A stretch of 32,000 nucleotides of DNA from Nostoc punctiforme PCC 73102 (GCF_000020025.1 NC_010628.1:8130001-8162000); one strand, 5' to 3'. Shown: positions 1 through 8,988, counted from the stretch's first letter. Notes: generated by a model from the letters alone, not told the origin. Translations and numbers: made by a program.

Positions 1-437
1 CAGTAATTTTGATTTTCGCCGGATTTACAAAACTAGTTTATGCCACTCAAACCCGCCACCAAGGAGGTTTTATTTGGAAACTTCTATTGAGCGGACTCTA
101 TATTGCAACCGGTATAATGCTGTTTGTTTATCCTTTTACGGGTATTCTCACACTGACTCTATTGCTTGGCAGCTTCTTGGTGGCTGAAGGTACATTCGAG
201 TTAATTCTGGCATTCCGGTTACGTCCGCAAGAGAACTGGAAGTGGATACTAGGTGATGGCATTATTACACTGGTCTTAGGTGCAATGATTTGGTTCCAGT
301 GGCCCTTCAATGCGCCCTGGCTTCTTGGCACACTAGTTGGTATCAGCATTATTTTCACTGGCATTTCACGCGTAATGCTGTCATTGAATGCGCGTTCTAC
401 CTCAAATCCTACTAACGAAGCTGCAAATCCTACTTAG
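1..437 (+). CDS. HdeD/DUF308-family small membrane protein, 5' end cut by the window edge
   Basis: The reading frame is open from base 3 with no upstream stop, and the listed start at 9 is only a TTG. The translation has repeated hydrophobic helices (LLLSGLYIATGIMLFVYPF, LTLLLGSFLVAEG, GIITLVLGAMIWFQWPF, LLGTLVGISIIFTGI), which is typical of HdeD-like proteins. Confidence 0.7.
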   Translation, partial: VILIFAGFTKLVYATQTRHQGGFIWKLLLSGLYIATGIMLFVYPFTGILTLTLLLGSFLVAEGTFELILAFRLRPQENWKWILGDGIITLVLGAMIWFQWPFNAPWLLGTLVGISIIFTGISRVMLSLNARSTSNPTNEAANPT

Positions 438-444
438 GAGATAG

Positions 445-590
445 AGCATGGGAGCATGGGAGCAGGAAAGGATTAGGGGACGAGGGGGACAAGGAGGACA
501 AGGGGAAATTATTGAACAAGTCTCTTCCTTGTCTCCCCCCTCTTCCTTGTCTCCCTTGTCTCTTCTCTATGCCCCATACCCAATGCCCAA
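445..590. repeat. STRR-type short repeats forming a long imperfect hairpin around a conserved core
   Basis: GAGCATGG is repeated at about 445-465. GACAAGG-type units (474-505) oppose CCTTGTC units (525-560) around the core GGGGAAATTATTGAACAAGTCTC (502-524). CCCCATA/CCCAATG units follow. Confidence 0.6.
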
Positions 591-694
591 TCTTGAGTAG
601 TAAAAGTTTACTAAGAGATTGCAGCAGCGATCGCCTTGAAATTGCTAAATTAACTAAGGAAATCAAAATCAAGGCCAGCTAGCTGCAATCTACA

Positions 695-2839
695 ATGGTA
701 TCTATTGCTACTCCCTTCTCGGATATTCAAAACCATTGGGCACGCTTATTTATTACAGCCTTAGCCCAACGTGGTATTGTCAGTGGGTCGCCTAATGGCA
801 CATATCGCCCCGATAACTCACTCACTCGCGCTGAATTTGCCGCCATCGTCGCCAAGGCATTTGGCACAGTTAGCAAGAAGCGGCAATATGTACCTTTTGT
901 GGATGTACCCATAAATTATTGGGCAGCAGCTGCCATTCAAACAGCTTACGAAAAAGCATTTATTAGCGGATTTCCTGATAAAAGTTTCCGCCCCGCCGAG
1001 CGAATTACTAGGGCAGAAGTTTTAGTTTCTTTGGTAGCAGGCTTAGAAATTGCCACCAAGGTAAAACCAGAACTCCTCTCAGCACTCCCACAAATTTATC
1101 AAGATTCTATTCAGATTCCTGGGTATGGTAGAAATCAGGTAGCTATTGCCACCAGCGCTGGATTGGTGGTTAGTTTCCCAAATATCAAATTACTCAATCC
1201 CAATCTTGCAGCTACCCGTGCAGATGTAGCGGCAATTGTTTATCAAGCTTTGGTGTATTTAGGTGAAGCAGAAAAAATTGCCTCTAGTTACTTAGTGCAG
1301 CCGCCAATACTAACGCCTACGCCGAAGCCAACGCCCACACCAATACCCACACCAATACCCACACCCACACCAATACCGACACCAATACCCACACCCACAC
1401 CAATACCGACACCAATACCCACACCCACACCCACACCTGCACCTGTCGGTAGCGTTAGGGTTAATCATAGTCGGGAATTTCGGGGGGCGTGGGTAGTATC
1501 TGTGTGGAATGGTGATTGGCCTTCCAAGCCAGGACTTTCTGTTGCTCAACAGAAAGCTGAACTCACTGAGATTATTAGTAAATTACAAGCGCTAAACTTC
1601 AATGCACTTATCTTTCAGGTGCGACCGGAGGGAGACGCTTTATATGAATCACAATTAGAGCCTTGGAGTGCTTGGATTACAGGAACTCAGGGGAAAGCAC
1701 CAGAACCATTTTACGATCCTTTAGCGTTTGCGATCGCAGAATGTCACAAGCGTAATATTGAACTCCATGCTTGGTTTAACCCTTACCGCGCCAGCACTTC
1801 TACCGACCCAGCTAAAACAGTACGTCCCCACATAGCAGCGACTAATCCAGAAAGCGTTTATTTGTGGAAAACTCAACGCTGGATGGATCCAGGATTGAAA
1901 ATAGTTCAAGATAGAGCTTACAACGTAATTCTTGATGTAGTGAAGCGCTACGATGTTGATGGCATTCACTTAGATGATTATTTTTATCCATATCCCATCG
2001 AGGGGCAACCTTTCCCCGATAACAAAACTTATGCTGCATATCAAGCAGCTGGTGGTTCACTCAACCTTGGTGACTGGCGACGGGACAATGTTAACAAAAT
2101 GGTACAGCGTGTCTGGCAGGGGATTAAGGCAACCAAACCCGATGTGAAATTTGGTATTAGTCCCTTTGGGATTTATCGCCCCGGACAACCTGCTGGCATT
2201 ACTGGGTTAGATGCTTACAATGTGTTGTATGCCGACTCGAAAAAATGGTTAGAAGAAGGCTGGATTGATTATATTGCGCCTCAACTTTACTGGCGCACAG
2301 ATCAAACACAACAAAGTTATTCAGCGTTGCTACAGTGGTGGACACAGGTAAATACAAAACAAAGACACGTTTACGCTGGTAACAATCTGACAGAACCAAG
2401 CAACAAGAGTCGAGAGAGTGATGAGATTGAAAAGCAGGTGAAAATTAGTCGTAGCCAAGCTGGAAGGTTGTCACTGGGCAATATCTTCTTTAATCTCGGT
2501 GTTTTGACGCAAAATAGTCAGGGTATTGCTGATAAATTCCAAAGTCTGCTTTATAACAAACCTGCGCTACCGCCAACTTTGCCTTGGCAAGATACAACGC
2601 CACCCCCTCCACCCATTGGATTACAAGTCAATAACCGCAAACTGAGTTGGCAGCCTGGAGATAATCAGCCAGTTCGTTCTTGGACGCTTTATCGACAAAC
2701 TGGGGATACTTGGACAATTCAGCGAATTTTGTCTGCTGGCACAACCTTCGCTACCGTTCAACAAGCGGGAACTTATGCCGTATGTGCAGTGGATAGATTG
2801 GCCAATGAAAGTGCGGGAACAGTGATTACAGTGAGTTGA
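695..2839 (+). CDS. SLH-domain protein with Pro/Thr linker, GHL10 (YngK-like family-10-like glycosyl hydrolase) domain and C-terminal Ig/Fn3-like domain
   Basis: Three SLH-like segments are present ([22 protein letters not shown]; [23 protein letters not shown]; ..[14 protein letters not shown]). A ([10 protein letters not shown])x3 linker follows. The GHL10 hallmark [50 protein letters not shown] is present. Confidence 0.8.
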   Translation: MVSIATPFSDIQNHWARLFITALAQRGIVSGSPNGTYRPDNSLTRAEFAAIVAKAFGTVSKKRQYVPFVDVPINYWAAAAIQTAYEKAFISGFPDKSFRPAERITRAEVLVSLVAGLEIATKVKPELLSALPQIYQDSIQIPGYGRNQVAIATSAGLVVSFPNIKLLNPNLAATRADVAAIVYQALVYLGEAEKIASSYLVQPPILTPTPKPTPTPIPTPIPTPTPIPTPIPTPTPIPTPIPTPTPTPAPVGSVRVNHSREFRGAWVVSVWNGDWPSKPGLSVAQQKAELTEIISKLQALNFNALIFQVRPEGDALYESQLEPWSAWITGTQGKAPEPFYDPLAFAIAECHKRNIELHAWFNPYRASTSTDPAKTVRPHIAATNPESVYLWKTQRWMDPGLKIVQDRAYNVILDVVKRYDVDGIHLDDYFYPYPIEGQPFPDNKTYAAYQAAGGSLNLGDWRRDNVNKMVQRVWQGIKATKPDVKFGISPFGIYRPGQPAGITGLDAYNVLYADSKKWLEEGWIDYIAPQLYWRTDQTQQSYSALLQWWTQVNTKQRHVYAGNNLTEPSNKSRESDEIEKQVKISRSQAGRLSLGNIFFNLGVLTQNSQGIADKFQSLLYNKPALPPTLPWQDTTPPPPPIGLQVNNRKLSWQPGDNQPVRSWTLYRQTGDTWTIQRILSAGTTFATVQQAGTYAVCAVDRLANESAGTVITVS

Positions 2840-2874
2840 ACAAAGGTGCTGGTTAGACATCTCAAAAAATGATG

Positions 2875-2900
2875 TAGGCACAATTGATGAATTGTGCCTA
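2875..2900 (+). terminator. putative intrinsic terminator after the SLH-GHL10 gene
   Basis: Perfect 11-bp stem TAGGCACAATT / AATTGTGCCTA with loop GATG, 36 nt after the stop codon. It is followed by a T-rich stretch (TTGACAATTTATTTGTT). Confidence 0.5.
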
Positions 2901-3176
2901 TTGACAATTTATTTGTTGGAGTTCCCTTATGTGCAAGTCGATCTGCATAGTTTAGGCATAGCGATATCTATCTTTTTGAGGAACAATTGAGATTTGCATA
3001 GGTTTTAAGGAACGGATTAACCTTTCGGTAGATTAAGACAGAATCATCAAAACTGTATATTTGGATGGGGTAACACATAATTTGCCACAAAACCTCATGC
3101 TAAATCAGTAATTTCAATATAAACAGATGAAATTTTGATTGAATTCTAGTTAATTTGTTCCTTATCCTCATAAGCC

Positions 3177-4487
3177 ATGACATCCCCTGAGCCTCAAACT
3201 GATTTTGGAGAAAAAGCTCCACAAACCTCATTTGAGCCACCTTCTGGAAAACGGCGGTGGCTTTGGTTATTTTTAGCAGCACTACTATTGTTAGGGGGCG
3301 GAACAGCTCTCGTTTGGCGTTTGCTCACTCCGCAAAATTCAGCGCCTTCAACTACTAACGCTCAACCTCAAGGGGTAAGAGTCAAAGTATCCACAGTACA
3401 AAGCGGCATAATTGAGGAAAGTTCAGATTTTATTGCTAGCCTAAAATCCCAGCGTTCAGTCATCCTCCAGCCGAAGATTCAGGGCCAAGTTACCCAAATA
3501 TTTGTGAAATCGGGAGATCCAGTAGCCGAAGGAGCGGCAATTATTCAGGTAGATCGTACACCACAAGCAGCGATCGCTCCTAACAATGCTGCGCCTCAAG
3601 CATTTTTATTGCAACTGGAAAATGCCCGCACTGTACTGAAATCTCTAGAAGCCCAACGATCATCCTATGTTGAGAATGTGCAATTGTATCAGCAAACCTA
3701 CGAAAAGTATTCCATTCTAGCTGAACAAGGAGCCGTGTCTCGACAGACTCGCAATCAGTTTGCCGATCGACTTGCCAATGCTAAAACTAGTCTTGATGCA
3801 ATTGATTCCAGGATTCAAGCCCAAAGATCCAATATATTGCAGGCTGAAAAAACGTTGCAGCAAGCTAATGTAAATACTCAAACACAACAAATCCAATCTG
3901 ACAAAATTACCGCTCCCTTTAGTGGCACAGTTGGCAACATGACTGTGAAAGTAGGTGATTTAGTTAATACTTCCACACAATTAGTTAATCTCACGCAAAA
4001 TCGACCTTTAGAAGTCAACATCTCTGTGCCACTACAGCAAGGGCCGCAATTGCGTAAGGGAATGCCAGTGGAAGTGATGAATACACAAGGTCAAAAGCTG
4101 GGTAGAAGTAGGGTATTTTTCATTGCGCCTACTGCTAATAACGAAACACAAGGGATACTGATCAAAGCACTTTTTGACAATCCTAACGGTCAGCTACATG
4201 CAGATCAATTGGTAAGGGCTAGAGTGTTTTGGAATCAGCGCCCCGGAATTTTAATCCCCACAACTGCAATGACTCGTGTAGGTGGCGACACTTTTGTGTA
4301 TGTAGTTGAAACCGAAACATCTCCCCAAGGTATATCTCAACAAGTAGCTCGACAAAAGCGCGTGAAGCTAGGCGAAATCAAAGATAATAATTACCAAGTT
4401 CTTGAAGGATTACAACCAGAAGATAAAGTTATTATCTCAGGGTTGCTCAATCTTAGAGATGGCGCTGCGATCGTTCCAGAATCTTAA
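3177..4487 (+). CDS. efflux transporter periplasmic adaptor subunit (membrane fusion protein, RND/HlyD_D23 type)
   Basis: N-terminal membrane anchor (RRWLWLFLAALLLLGGGTALVW). Lipoyl-like hairpin halves are present (ILQPKIQGQVTQIFVKSGDPVAEGAAIIQVD and ITAPFSGTVGNMTVKVGDLVN) with a long coiled coil between them. A beta-barrel/MP-proximal tail follows (YVVETE...KRVKLGEIKDNNYQVLEGLQPEDKVIISG). Confidence 0.85.
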   Translation: MTSPEPQTDFGEKAPQTSFEPPSGKRRWLWLFLAALLLLGGGTALVWRLLTPQNSAPSTTNAQPQGVRVKVSTVQSGIIEESSDFIASLKSQRSVILQPKIQGQVTQIFVKSGDPVAEGAAIIQVDRTPQAAIAPNNAAPQAFLLQLENARTVLKSLEAQRSSYVENVQLYQQTYEKYSILAEQGAVSRQTRNQFADRLANAKTSLDAIDSRIQAQRSNILQAEKTLQQANVNTQTQQIQSDKITAPFSGTVGNMTVKVGDLVNTSTQLVNLTQNRPLEVNISVPLQQGPQLRKGMPVEVMNTQGQKLGRSRVFFIAPTANNETQGILIKALFDNPNGQLHADQLVRARVFWNQRPGILIPTTAMTRVGGDTFVYVVETETSPQGISQQVARQKRVKLGEIKDNNYQVLEGLQPEDKVIISGLLNLRDGAAIVPES

Positions 4488-4500
4488 TTAAGGGGAGTGG

Positions 4501-4528
4501 GTAGAGACGCGATTAATCTCGTCTCTAC
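4501..4528. repeat. dispersed palindromic hairpin repeat (GTAGAGACG...CGTCTCTAC)
   Basis: GTAGAGACGCGATTAATCTCGTCTCTAC has a 9-bp perfect stem. A related copy lies at 5436-5461. An AAATGAC heptamer pair follows at about 4551-4567. Confidence 0.6.
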
Positions 4529-4639
4529 TGAGGATTGGGCAAGTGGAGGACAAATGACAAATGACAAAATTTAACCTTAGTACAGTACTTTAACAGCAAA
4601 TAATCACTTTGTTGAGCGAAAATAAAACTAGATTAATCT

Positions 4640-5380
4640 ATGTCATCTTTATCGGGGAAAGTTGCAATTATCACTGGTGCATCGCGGGGAATTGGACGAG
4701 CGATCGCACTAAAATTAGCTGGTAACGGCGCATCTATTGTCGTCAACTATGCGGGTAATGCAGTCAAAGCAGAGGAAGTTGTTGCAGAAATTGAAAAGTT
4801 GGGAGTAGAAGCGATCGCTATTCAAGCCGATATTAGCAAAGTACCCGACATCCAACGCCTGTTTGAGCAAACACTTGAGCATTTTGGTAAAGTTGATATT
4901 TTGGTCAACAATGCCGGAATTGCCTTCTATAAACCAATTACTCAGGTGAGTGAAGAAGATTTCGATGCGATTTTTGCTATTAATGTCAAAGGTACTTTTT
5001 TTGCTTGCCAACAAGCCGCGCAACATCTATCAGAAGGCGGACGGATTATCAACTTTTCGTCATCAACTACGGTGATGATGCTGCCAACTTATAGCGCCTA
5101 TGTAGGAACCAAAGGTGCTGTTGAACAAATCACGCGAGTATTAGCTAAAGAATTGGGTGCAAAAGCGATCGCAGTTAATGTTATTTCTCCTGGCCCTACC
5201 GATACAGAACTATTCCGAGAAGGCAAAACCCAAGAACAGATAGATCGTTTGGCCCAAATGGCTGCTTTTGGCAAACTGGGAGATGTGCAAGAAATCGCCG
5301 ATGTAGTAGCGTTTCTCGCTAGCGATGAAGCCAGATGGATCACAGGGCAAAATATCCGTGTAAACGGTGGAATTGCCTGA
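4640..5380 (+). CDS. SDR-family NAD(P)-dependent oxidoreductase (FabG-like)
   Basis: TGASRGIGRAIA cofactor motif, NNAG motif, and the catalytic S...YxxxK (SSSTT...YSAYVGTKGA). At 246 aa, the length is typical of classical SDRs. Confidence 0.9.
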   Translation: MSSLSGKVAIITGASRGIGRAIALKLAGNGASIVVNYAGNAVKAEEVVAEIEKLGVEAIAIQADISKVPDIQRLFEQTLEHFGKVDILVNNAGIAFYKPITQVSEEDFDAIFAINVKGTFFACQQAAQHLSEGGRIINFSSSTTVMMLPTYSAYVGTKGAVEQITRVLAKELGAKAIAVNVISPGPTDTELFREGKTQEQIDRLAQMAAFGKLGDVQEIADVVAFLASDEARWITGQNIRVNGGIA

Positions 5381-5435
5381 GATAATTAAAGCTCTCCTCA
5401 TAAACCAATACAGTTCAGATAAGACCAAAACACTT

Positions 5436-5461
5436 GTAGAGACGGCGATTTATCGCGTCTC
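5436..5461. repeat. second copy of the GAGACG..CGTCTC palindromic hairpin repeat
   Basis: GTAGAGACGGCGATTTATCGCGTCTC is an imperfect palindrome related to 4501-4528. It lies 56 nt after the SDR stop codon. Confidence 0.55.
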
Positions 5462-5679
5462 AAAAACTCAAAATTTTTGCCAGTAGCCCTTAACCCAAGC
5501 GTATTGCCTCATAAACGCGATATTCTCCGTTTCAAAACCTCAGCTAGTAACCTGGGCATTGCTAGTCCTGTTAGGGTAGGCGAAAATTAGACTGCTACTC
5601 CGATTCATTCGAGCTTTTTACTCGAATATAATTGTCCAAGAGCAGCTAACAAAACGGATTGCTATATGGGCTGAAAAAG

Positions 5680-5709
5680 TTTGTATAAACCGTTTCTAGC
5701 TTATACAAA
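5680..5709. promoter_or_regulatory. candidate operator: 9-bp inverted repeat TTTGTATAA-N12-TTATACAAA upstream of the rubrerythrin gene
   Basis: The perfect inverted repeat ends 72 nt before the ATG at 5781. Only the symmetry is seen. No binding protein can be assigned. Confidence 0.3.
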
Positions 5710-5780
5710 GAACGCCTAGTTTATCCGGTTGTAGAGTCTGTGTTTTCGTACTAAATATCACTTCCCTGTCATCCAAAATT

Positions 5781-6494
5781 ATGGATTTGTCCAACTTTAC
5801 TACACTTCAAAACTTAGAAGCTGCCTTCGGTGGTGAATCGATGGCAAATCGCAAGTATCTGTTTTTTGCCGACGTAGCGCGTCAACTTGGGTTTCCAGAT
5901 TTGGCAAAACTTTTTAAAGACACAGCAGACCAAGAAACTGAACACGCTTTTGCACATTTTAAGTTGCTGCATCCAGAACTAGTGGTAGAAAATGCGGCTG
6001 CTTTAACTGATGAACAAAAGCGGGAAATTATATCTCGCTGTTTATCTTTGGCAATTGAAGGCGAGACTTATGAATATACTACAATGTATCCAGAGTTTGC
6101 CGCCGATGCTCAACGCGATCGCGACAATCCTGCGGCAGAAGAATTTCTCAAACAAGTTCAAGAATCTACCGATCATGCCAACACATTTCGAGAAGCTGCA
6201 CACCGTTTTGGCTTGTTAAAATTCATCGAGAATTACCACGCCGATCGCTACACTGAAGCTTTAGAAGTATTAAACGGAGGACAAACAGCAAGCAGAGTTG
6301 CAGGTGAAGATCCTAAAACTCGGAAATGGATTTGTAGACAATGCAGTATGATTTACGATCCTGTTGCTGGCGATCCCGATTCTGGGATTGCACCTGGTAC
6401 ACCTTTTGAAGAAATTCCTGATGATTGGGAATGTCCGATTTGCGGTGCTAGCAAAAAAACTTTTAAGCCATTTGAAGAAAAAGTTGCAGCTTAG
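5781..6494 (+). CDS. rubrerythrin-family protein: N-terminal diiron ferritin-like domain fused to a C-terminal full rubredoxin domain
   Basis: Diiron ligand motifs are present (E..ETEHAFAH and EGE...ESTDHAN). The C-terminal [12 protein letters not shown]...[12 protein letters not shown] carries the rubredoxin CxxC...CxxC pattern. Confidence 0.85.
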   Translation: MDLSNFTTLQNLEAAFGGESMANRKYLFFADVARQLGFPDLAKLFKDTADQETEHAFAHFKLLHPELVVENAAALTDEQKREIISRCLSLAIEGETYEYTTMYPEFAADAQRDRDNPAAEEFLKQVQESTDHANTFREAAHRFGLLKFIENYHADRYTEALEVLNGGQTASRVAGEDPKTRKWICRQCSMIYDPVAGDPDSGIAPGTPFEEIPDDWECPICGASKKTFKPFEEKVAA

Positions 6495-6528
6495 GACGAC
6501 AATTAATTAGGCACTCTTTTTAGCATAT

Positions 6529-6565
6529 AAACGCGAAGCATCTTAAGGATACTTCGCGTTTTCGA
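6529..6565 (+). terminator. putative intrinsic terminator after the rubrerythrin gene
   Basis: 10-bp stem AAACGCGAAG / CTTCGCGTTT with a 13-nt loop, followed by TTCGATTATTTAT. Confidence 0.5.
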
Positions 6566-6580
6566 TTATTTATCGCAACA

Positions 6581-6715
6581 GAATTCAGGAGTCAGGAGTC
6601 AGAATGGGCTAAACGCCCCGCTATCGCTAACAGAATGGATTGTTATCGAAAAAGCTTATAGTGCAACGCTTACGAGCATCTTAATTCTGACTCATTAATT
6701 CTGACTTCTGAATTC
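6581..6715. mobile_element. MITE-like non-coding element bounded by imperfect inverted repeats
   Basis: The left end is GAATTCAGGAGTCAGGAGTCAGAAT. The right end is ATTCTGACTCATTAATTCTGACTTCTGAATTC, whose reverse complement begins GAATTCAGAAGTCAGAAT. It has no ORF and lies between convergent genes. Confidence 0.4.
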
Positions 6716-6855
6716 TTCTTCAAGAACAGGGTAGTATCATGAATTCACCAGAAGATAAAAGAGGAAACCGTTGTGTTTTTCTGTGACTATCTGAAGAGCA
6801 ATGCTAATCCGTGATAAAGACTAGAGTAAACATTTATTGTTCTCAAATTAGCAAG

Positions 6856-8883
6856 CTAATTCCCCGGTTGACACGATTGCTGCACTTTTTGAGGAAGTTG
6901 CCGACACATTTGCTGGAATCCTTGAGGATTAATTTGCCACCAAGCAAATAATCCTAAACTTGTACCTCCTACAAGCAACGCCAACATTCCCCCCAGCATT
7001 ACCAAGTGTTTACCCCGATTAGGTTTTGTAATTAAGGTTGCTGGAATTTCTGGGCTTGTAACTGATTCCTCTGAAGTATCTAAATCTAGATCCAAATCTA
7101 GATCCAAATCTAGCAAAGTTTGCGAACTTTCTGTGAAGGAAATGAATTCCTCTTGTTCCTCTAATTCCTCTAATTCTTCTTGTTCCTCTTGTTCCTCTTG
7201 TTCCTCTTGTTCTTCTTGTATCTCTGCTTCTATGATCTCTTCTGGCAACGCCGGAGTCACAGGTACTAAGTATTCGGGAGAAACACGGCAATAAGTTAGA
7301 ACAACTGAAGTATTATCACGCCCATTTTTTTCGTTTGCCAAGTTAATCCAGTTGCGGACAGCATCTTCAACTGTCATCTGGCCTTTTAACACGGGTATTG
7401 CATAATCTTGCCAATATTGTTCCACCCTGTTATTATCACTTAAACCATCAGAACACAGTAGTAATATGCCATCTTCTTCCACAATAAATCGCTGAATCTT
7501 GAGACGTAAAGATTCTGCATTTCTTGTCCCCAACGCTTGAGTTAAGGCAGTAGCATCTGTTCTTATTAATGCTTTTCGATACAAACTTTTGGCAAAGCGG
7601 ACTTCTCGCGTCGCCACATCATCATCTACTGTGAGTAGCTGACAATAGTTGCGAGTAATCCAATAGGCACGGCTATCACCAATATTAGTCAAGTAAAGTT
7701 CATGGGTATTATTTGATTGCCACCCAGTACTTGTGTATACTCGCTGTGGAACTTGCAATGCCATGACAATGGTTGTAGCCATGCGTTCTTTACCTTGACG
7801 TTTTTGTTCGTTATTGCGGGCACAAATCACATTATTTACCACCCGTAAGCTTGCTTCTAATTGTTCCTGCAATAACTCTGGTGATACAAGTACAGCTCGT
7901 TCTGTAATCTCCGCTAGTAAGGCGCGAATTTGCAACTTTACAGACTGCACTGCCAATCTACTGGCAACCTCGCCGCCTTCGTGCCCACCAATGCCATCGC
8001 AAACAATTGACAAGTGGGACAATAAAGGATCATCTAAGTCATTCAAAGTATTGGGGTAGCAAGCATCTTCATTTTGCGCCATAATTGGGCCAATATCTGT
8101 AGAACCTCCCACCTTCAAAACTAGTGGCAATTCTGCCGCAGATGCTAGTAATAAACCATTGAGTTGAGTAGCAACATCATCCAACTCAATTTCCGTTTCA
8201 CACATATCCTGGACTATGTTCTGCAACCCTTTAGCTACTGATGTCTTTGCAGAAGCTACCCAAAACTGCCAACACTCCCCCAGATTTTTTAAACTCAGCT
8301 TCTCATCTTCTGGTGTTTGGTAGAGTTCCAACAGTCGCACACACCAACCTTGGACTCTCAAGTTGTCTACTCCCAGTAAACTGCGGCTAAGTCCTAATTC
8401 TGATAAAGGTGTCCAAAGTTGAAGAATTTGCCACAGCCAATAAACTTGTCGTACCGCCGTTGCTTGCTCCCAAGCTTCAACAATAGTTGGATAGATATTT
8501 CCTGTCTCATCTATCGGCACATTTTCCAATAAGAGGATATCAGTTGTATCTTTCTCTTCATCACTAGCAAACCCATAAGCTTGGGGCAGATGTAACCGTT
8601 CTTGATATAACCGTAGATAAGGAATTACTTCCTTTGGTAATTCTTCAGGGACATCTGGTGGTAGTCCTGGTTGAGTATCCAGCCAAATCTGGCGAGTAAT
8701 TACTCCATATCTGTCTGCTACTTTTGTGCCTGGTGTAATTTGAGCAGACAATGAGCCAGTAGCCCAAAGATAGCGGTGAACCAAGGGAGTTTGGCAACTT
8801 GCACAAACACGATCTCCAATAGGATTAATGGGGCTATTACAGCCTGGATTTATACAATAAATTGTCAGTTGAGTAGAAATCAT
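6856..8883 (-). CDS. PP2C-family Ser/Thr protein phosphatase with N-terminal 4-Cys zinc ribbon, degenerate kinase-like middle region, acidic repeat tract and C-terminal transmembrane anchor
   Basis: N-terminal CINPGC..CASC zinc ribbon. PP2C motifs are DGIGGHEGGEVAS, GDSRAY, SDGLSD and GRDNTSVV. An (EEQ/EEL)n tract and an (LD)6 tract follow. The hydrophobic segment LVMLGGMLALLVGGTSLGLFAWW lies near the C-terminus. Confidence 0.85.
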   Translation of the reverse strand: MISTQLTIYCINPGCNSPINPIGDRVCASCQTPLVHRYLWATGSLSAQITPGTKVADRYGVITRQIWLDTQPGLPPDVPEELPKEVIPYLRLYQERLHLPQAYGFASDEEKDTTDILLLENVPIDETGNIYPTIVEAWEQATAVRQVYWLWQILQLWTPLSELGLSRSLLGVDNLRVQGWCVRLLELYQTPEDEKLSLKNLGECWQFWVASAKTSVAKGLQNIVQDMCETEIELDDVATQLNGLLLASAAELPLVLKVGGSTDIGPIMAQNEDACYPNTLNDLDDPLLSHLSIVCDGIGGHEGGEVASRLAVQSVKLQIRALLAEITERAVLVSPELLQEQLEASLRVVNNVICARNNEQKRQGKERMATTIVMALQVPQRVYTSTGWQSNNTHELYLTNIGDSRAYWITRNYCQLLTVDDDVATREVRFAKSLYRKALIRTDATALTQALGTRNAESLRLKIQRFIVEEDGILLLCSDGLSDNNRVEQYWQDYAIPVLKGQMTVEDAVRNWINLANEKNGRDNTSVVLTYCRVSPEYLVPVTPALPEEIIEAEIQEEQEEQEEQEEQEELEELEEQEEFISFTESSQTLLDLDLDLDLDLDTSEESVTSPEIPATLITKPNRGKHLVMLGGMLALLVGGTSLGLFAWWQINPQGFQQMCRQLPQKVQQSCQPGN

Positions 8884-8972
8884 AAAACTATAAATTTAAA
8901 AAACCAATCAACTCATGAATTTCGATTACATTTAGCTGGCAATGGCTTGAAGGCTAGAATAGACTGGATTCG

Positions 8973-8988
8973 TGTACCGCTAGCTACA
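8973..8988. promoter_or_regulatory. TGTA-N8-TACA palindrome matching the NtcA-box consensus in the divergent PP2C / NfeD promoter region
   Basis: TGTACCGCTAGCTACA was read directly. No TAN3T -10 box was found at the canonical ~22 nt spacing on either strand, so function is doubtful. Confidence 0.25.

Noticed and set aside
430-672. 80-aa minus-strand ORF (..GRQGRGGRQGRDLFNNFPLSSLSPSSP..)
   Set aside because: It is a translation of the STRR hairpin repeats, with low-complexity periodic sequence. The same DLFNN motif arises from the unrelated repeat copy at 11597.
1310-1549. 79-aa minus-strand ORF rich in CRCGCGYW
   Set aside because: It is the antisense reading of the Pro/Thr linker repeats of the SLH-GHL10 gene and has no independent coding signal.
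6010-6219. 69-aa alternative-frame ORF within the rubrerythrin gene
   Set aside because: It overlaps the motif-bearing rubrerythrin frame on the same strand. It has no start context or recognisable domain.
7019-7291. 90-aa minus-strand ORF (TRRTRGTRGTRG..) inside the PP2C gene
   Set aside because: It is an out-of-frame reading of the 9-bp and 12-bp acidic repeat tracts. The PP2C frame is continuous and motif-bearing.
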